Source: a virus (lineage: Duplodnaviria > Caudoviricetes). From it: a DNA stretch of 36,522 nt. Location: IMG/VR virus record IMGVR_UViG_3300033067_001205, positions 1 through 36,522 of that record. One strand, written 5' to 3'. The notes below the pieces were generated by a model. The model was not told where the DNA came from. It saw only the letters and a program-made list of their open reading frames with translations, and did no database searches. Positions 33,405-36,522 of the stretch are shown piece after piece. The number at the start of each line of letters is the position of its first letter. The first letter of the stretch is position 1. A program made the position numbers and the translations under genes.

Positions 33405-33808
33405 TTACCGGGGTGATGCTCTCGATTGCTCACCCCGAGATTGCAAGCCGATCCTGTGAAGACTGCCTGAAGCACATCTACAACCATGAAACCGGCAAAC
33501 GGCAACTTGATCCGAAAGGCAATCCGATTCCACGGCCGGCCGGAGGAAAGGCTCCCTGCCAGGCAACCGCTGGGGCACCACGAGAAGTCCGAGAACGGAT
33601 CTGCGCCAAGATCGCTCCTGATGCCGGGGTTGAGTTGAGCGAAAAGAATCGGGCGGCTTACGAGCACTACCAGGAGTGCAAAGCGGTGGGAGTGTTTCCA
33701 GACGATCCGATCGTGAGGCGAAACGCTCGCATTATCCGGGAGCTTGAGGACATGCAGGCTGCAAACAAGCTGGAGCGATCGATCAACAGGACAATGGGGG
33801 CGAGGTGA
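33401..33808 (+). CDS. Tail assembly chaperone T part (GT fusion via frameshift)
   Basis: Open in the -1 frame from the slippery site; CxxC motif; directly upstream of the tape measure gene. Confidence 0.75.
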   Translation, partial: LITGVMLSIAHPEIASRSCEDCLKHIYNHETGKRQLDPKGNPIPRPAGGKAPCQATAGAPREVRERICAKIAPDAGVELSEKNRAAYEHYQECKAVGVFPDDPIVRRNARIIRELEDMQAANKLERSINRTMGAR

Positions 33809-36177
33809 TGGAGACGATTCGTGAAGTCCTTGTAAAATTAAAAATCCAGCTGGATCGTCAGAAGATCGCGGCGCCGGATATCAGTGCGGCACTCTCTGGC
33901 GCCAAACAGTTAGAGTCACAGTACAACGCAGTGGCCGAAGCGGCCAAGCGTGCTGCACAAGTAGGGAATTCAATCCCATCCCAGATGGCCGCTAAGGGGA
34001 AATCGACTGGGGTCGACTCAGCGTTGGACGCAAAATCTGCAGCGATTGCCAAGGCTGCCGCAGAGGAACGCAAATTTAAGGAGCAGGCCGAAAAGTACGA
34101 CGAGCAGATGGCGCAGCGTCGTCAGAAAGCGGCAGATCAATCTCGCCTTGCTGCGGAAAAAGAACTGGCGGAGAAAAACAAGTTCCTCGCTCAAGCGGCA
34201 GCACAGGCCGAAAAACAACTAGCAGCTGACGAGAAACGCGTGGCGAAAGCCGAGGCGATTGCACAACAGCGAGCAAAAGTTCAATCGGGGCCACAAGACG
34301 CAATCCGTGTTCAGTCTCAAGCCGTTGCAGTCACACAGCAAAGCTCTCAGGCTTACATGCAGGCCGGAGACGCTGCAAAGATGGCCGGCGAAGGTCTGTT
34401 TACGATGGTGCGAGGGATCGCACTATTGAACGTCGCGAGCGATGAGGAACTGCGTAAGACCGTCGAAAAGATCGCCTACTATCAAGGTCTGTTCGATATC
34501 TACAAAGGCGGTTTTGACCTGATCAAAGGGACCGCAATTGCTACTCGAGCACTGGCATCGGCAACGACAGTTGGAGCAAGTGCCGAAGCAGCTTACGCCG
34601 CGGCCGCTGCATCAAACACAGCAATCCTTTCCCCTCGTGCCCTGGCGATGTGGAAGAACGTAGCGGCAAACAATGCGAGCTCAACGACCAACGCCTACAA
34701 CACGTTGACCTATACGGCCAACACGGGAGCCGTATATCTGAACGGCGTGGCGCTGACAAAGTTGCAGTACATCATGATTTCGACGCGATCCGTTGCCGCG
34801 TCGATGTGGGCTTTTCTGACTGGCCCCATTGGGATCGCCCTGACGGCCGTAGGGGTGATTGGGTACGCTGCTTGGAATCATATTTCTGAGGGAATTGAAG
34901 AGACACGGGACGCCGCCGAACGCGCCCGGAAAAAGATGGTTGAGGGGTTGCTCGACATCGCTGGGGCCGCGAAACGTGCTGAGTCAGCTGAGTTGAGTCT
35001 GAGCCGTGCAATAAAAAGTCGGGAAGAATATTCGCGATCATCGTCCACCTCTTCTGCACAATTTGCGGTCAGAATGGATGGGGTTGTGGCGGGTCCAGGA
35101 AACTCGGACCATATGACGGAGCTACAGCGAGCACGGTACAACGCCGCGAATCAGGATGATGTTTTCCAGCAGAAACAGCGGGAGATCCTCAAGGAGCAAG
35201 AACGGGCACGAACTGACTTTGCGAGGTCCGCACTGTCAATGGTCGGCAGAAATTCTGCGGATGCTTCCAGCTTTGCCAATGGTGATGCGGGCTACGACCG
35301 ACTGCGGAAACAGGTGGCTGACAGGGCCGGACAAAGCAACGTTATCAAGTCTCTACAGGTGTCAAACGCTTACGGTGCAGCTGAGGCTAACCCCGCGAAT
35401 CGGGAAGCTCTACTCAAGATCGCACAGAATCTTGAAGCACAACACACCGCTGAGCTGAACAAGCAAAAAGAGGCGCAGATTATCCTTACGACCGAGACGC
35501 AGCGTCGTCAGGATATCGCTAAGACTCAACTGCAAACACTCACAGAGCAGAGAAACACTGTGCAGGGGATGGTCGCGTCTCAGAGGCAGTACCTGGAAGC
35601 GAATCGACAGGCTCAGAAAGACGAGGAGAATCGAGGAAAGTCTCTGGCTCAACGTTTCGGGGAGCTGAAAACTTATGAGCAGGAAGTGATCCGGAGCATC
35701 TCCGAGAAGGTCAAGACTGGCGGTGTTGAGTCGCTCAACGACAGCGAAAGAGAGACGCTGAAATCAACCGGGTTTGCTGATTCAGTTCTTTCGAAGTTCA
35801 ATCTCAAGCGAGGTCAGGCGGCCGGGTTCGATCAGATCGCTGCGAATTTGGGAACGTTTAAGCCGGGGACCACAGACGCCGCTGAGGGACAAGGCGCAAA
35901 CGAGACTCGCATGGAGTTCCTAAAGAGACAGGAACAGGAGTCTCGTGCTCTAATCGCAGAACAGGAGCAAAAGCTGTCACAGCTGATCAAGGATCAGTAC
36001 GACGCACGTGAGAAGGTGATTGCGGGGATTGAAGAGTTGTCTAACCTCGAACCAGTTGCGGCCGCGATAGACAAAGCAATCGTCAAGTTCAAGCAGCAAG
36101 TCGACGCACTGAATCAACGGATTGAAAAACTGCTGGCCGATCAGAAGACCGGCCAGCTCGGATCACGAACCACGTAG
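33808..36177 (+). CDS. Tape measure protein
   Basis: About 790 aa, Ala/Gln-rich helical, with a hydrophobic FLTGPIGIALTAVG segment; follows G/GT. Confidence 0.85.
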   Translation: METIREVLVKLKIQLDRQKIAAPDISAALSGAKQLESQYNAVAEAAKRAAQVGNSIPSQMAAKGKSTGVDSALDAKSAAIAKAAAEERKFKEQAEKYDEQMAQRRQKAADQSRLAAEKELAEKNKFLAQAAAQAEKQLAADEKRVAKAEAIAQQRAKVQSGPQDAIRVQSQAVAVTQQSSQAYMQAGDAAKMAGEGLFTMVRGIALLNVASDEELRKTVEKIAYYQGLFDIYKGGFDLIKGTAIATRALASATTVGASAEAAYAAAAASNTAILSPRALAMWKNVAANNASSTTNAYNTLTYTANTGAVYLNGVALTKLQYIMISTRSVAASMWAFLTGPIGIALTAVGVIGYAAWNHISEGIEETRDAAERARKKMVEGLLDIAGAAKRAESAELSLSRAIKSREEYSRSSSTSSAQFAVRMDGVVAGPGNSDHMTELQRARYNAANQDDVFQQKQREILKEQERARTDFARSALSMVGRNSADASSFANGDAGYDRLRKQVADRAGQSNVIKSLQVSNAYGAAEANPANREALLKIAQNLEAQHTAELNKQKEAQIILTTETQRRQDIAKTQLQTLTEQRNTVQGMVASQRQYLEANRQAQKDEENRGKSLAQRFGELKTYEQEVIRSISEKVKTGGVESLNDSERETLKSTGFADSVLSKFNLKRGQAAGFDQIAANLGTFKPGTTDAAEGQGANETRMEFLKRQEQESRALIAEQEQKLSQLIKDQYDAREKVIAGIEELSNLEPVAAAIDKAIVKFKQQVDALNQRIEKLLADQKTGQLGSRTT

Positions 36178-36183
36178 CGATGA

Positions 36184-36519
36184 TCACTTGGAATCAATCT
36201 TTTCCCGGATCGCTCGAATATCGTCGCAAGCGCCGTAAAAAGGCCAGACCAACGCAAGCTGGATTCCAAAAATGATGGCCCCCAAAACCAACTGACCGCG
36301 CAGTGGTTTCACTTCGTCAGTGAAGAACGAGAGAAGCATTGCGAGCACGACTATCGCCAAGCAGATCAGCAGAATTCCCTTGGCAACAATCGTTGGCGGC
36401 GCGTCGTAGGATGCACTTCGTTTCCGTGGCAGTCTCGCTGGAATTGGTCCTTCTTCGTCATCGTCGATAATTTTGTTGAGCAGCGATGGCGCTGCTATCT
36501 CGTCTTCGGATTCAGTCAC
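36184..36519 (-). CDS. Two-TM membrane protein on the opposite strand (moron-like; may be 5' partial)
   Basis: Two hydrophobic helices and a DDIRAIREK tail; convergent with the tape measure gene; frame is open to the window edge. Confidence 0.65.
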   Translation of the reverse strand: MTESEDEIAAPSLLNKIIDDDEEGPIPARLPRKRSASYDAPPTIVAKGILLICLAIVVLAMLLSFFTDEVKPLRGQLVLGAIIFGIQLALVWPFYGACDDIRAIREKIDSK

Positions 36520-36522
36520 GAT

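Larger units (their letters stand above)
1..36522 (+). mobile_element. Tailed dsDNA phage/prophage segment (siphovirus-like), replication through tape-measure modules
   Basis: Colinear initiator/loader, RusA, terminase, portal, protease, capsid, tail tube, G/GT chaperone and tape measure genes. No sheath, integrase or host housekeeping genes are seen in the window. Confidence 0.97.

Overview
The whole 36.5-kb window (about 55% GC by eye) is a co-directional segment of a tailed dsDNA phage or prophage with siphovirus-like gene content. Almost every real gene is on the + strand. Gene order: DUF1643 fragment; replication initiator with internal iterons and a DnaC-like loader; RusA; an orphan HigA-like HTH; DUF1599; HNH; a cluster of membrane proteins and hydrolases (alpha/beta-hydrolase, exported trypsin-like protease, exported SNase) where lysis genes would be expected; displaced virion-appendage genes (LamG plus Thr/Pro repeats); a ParB/ParB/ParB-methyltransferase block; a promoter-bearing inserted cassette with DUF932; a HAD-like protein and a CmoA-like carboxy-SAM synthase abutting the terminase genes; then portal, head, tail, G/GT frameshifted chaperones and tape measure. 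The best candidate for a new system is the terminase-linked ParB-MTase + HAD + CmoA module, which suggests packaging-coupled DNA carboxymethylation, possibly on an exocyclic amine. Other highlights are a SymR-like antisense RNA upstream of the replication genes, the lack of a recognisable endolysin, and CGATCG enrichment. A Planctomycetota-like host is a weak inference only. All family calls come from motif recognition by eye; no database searches were run.
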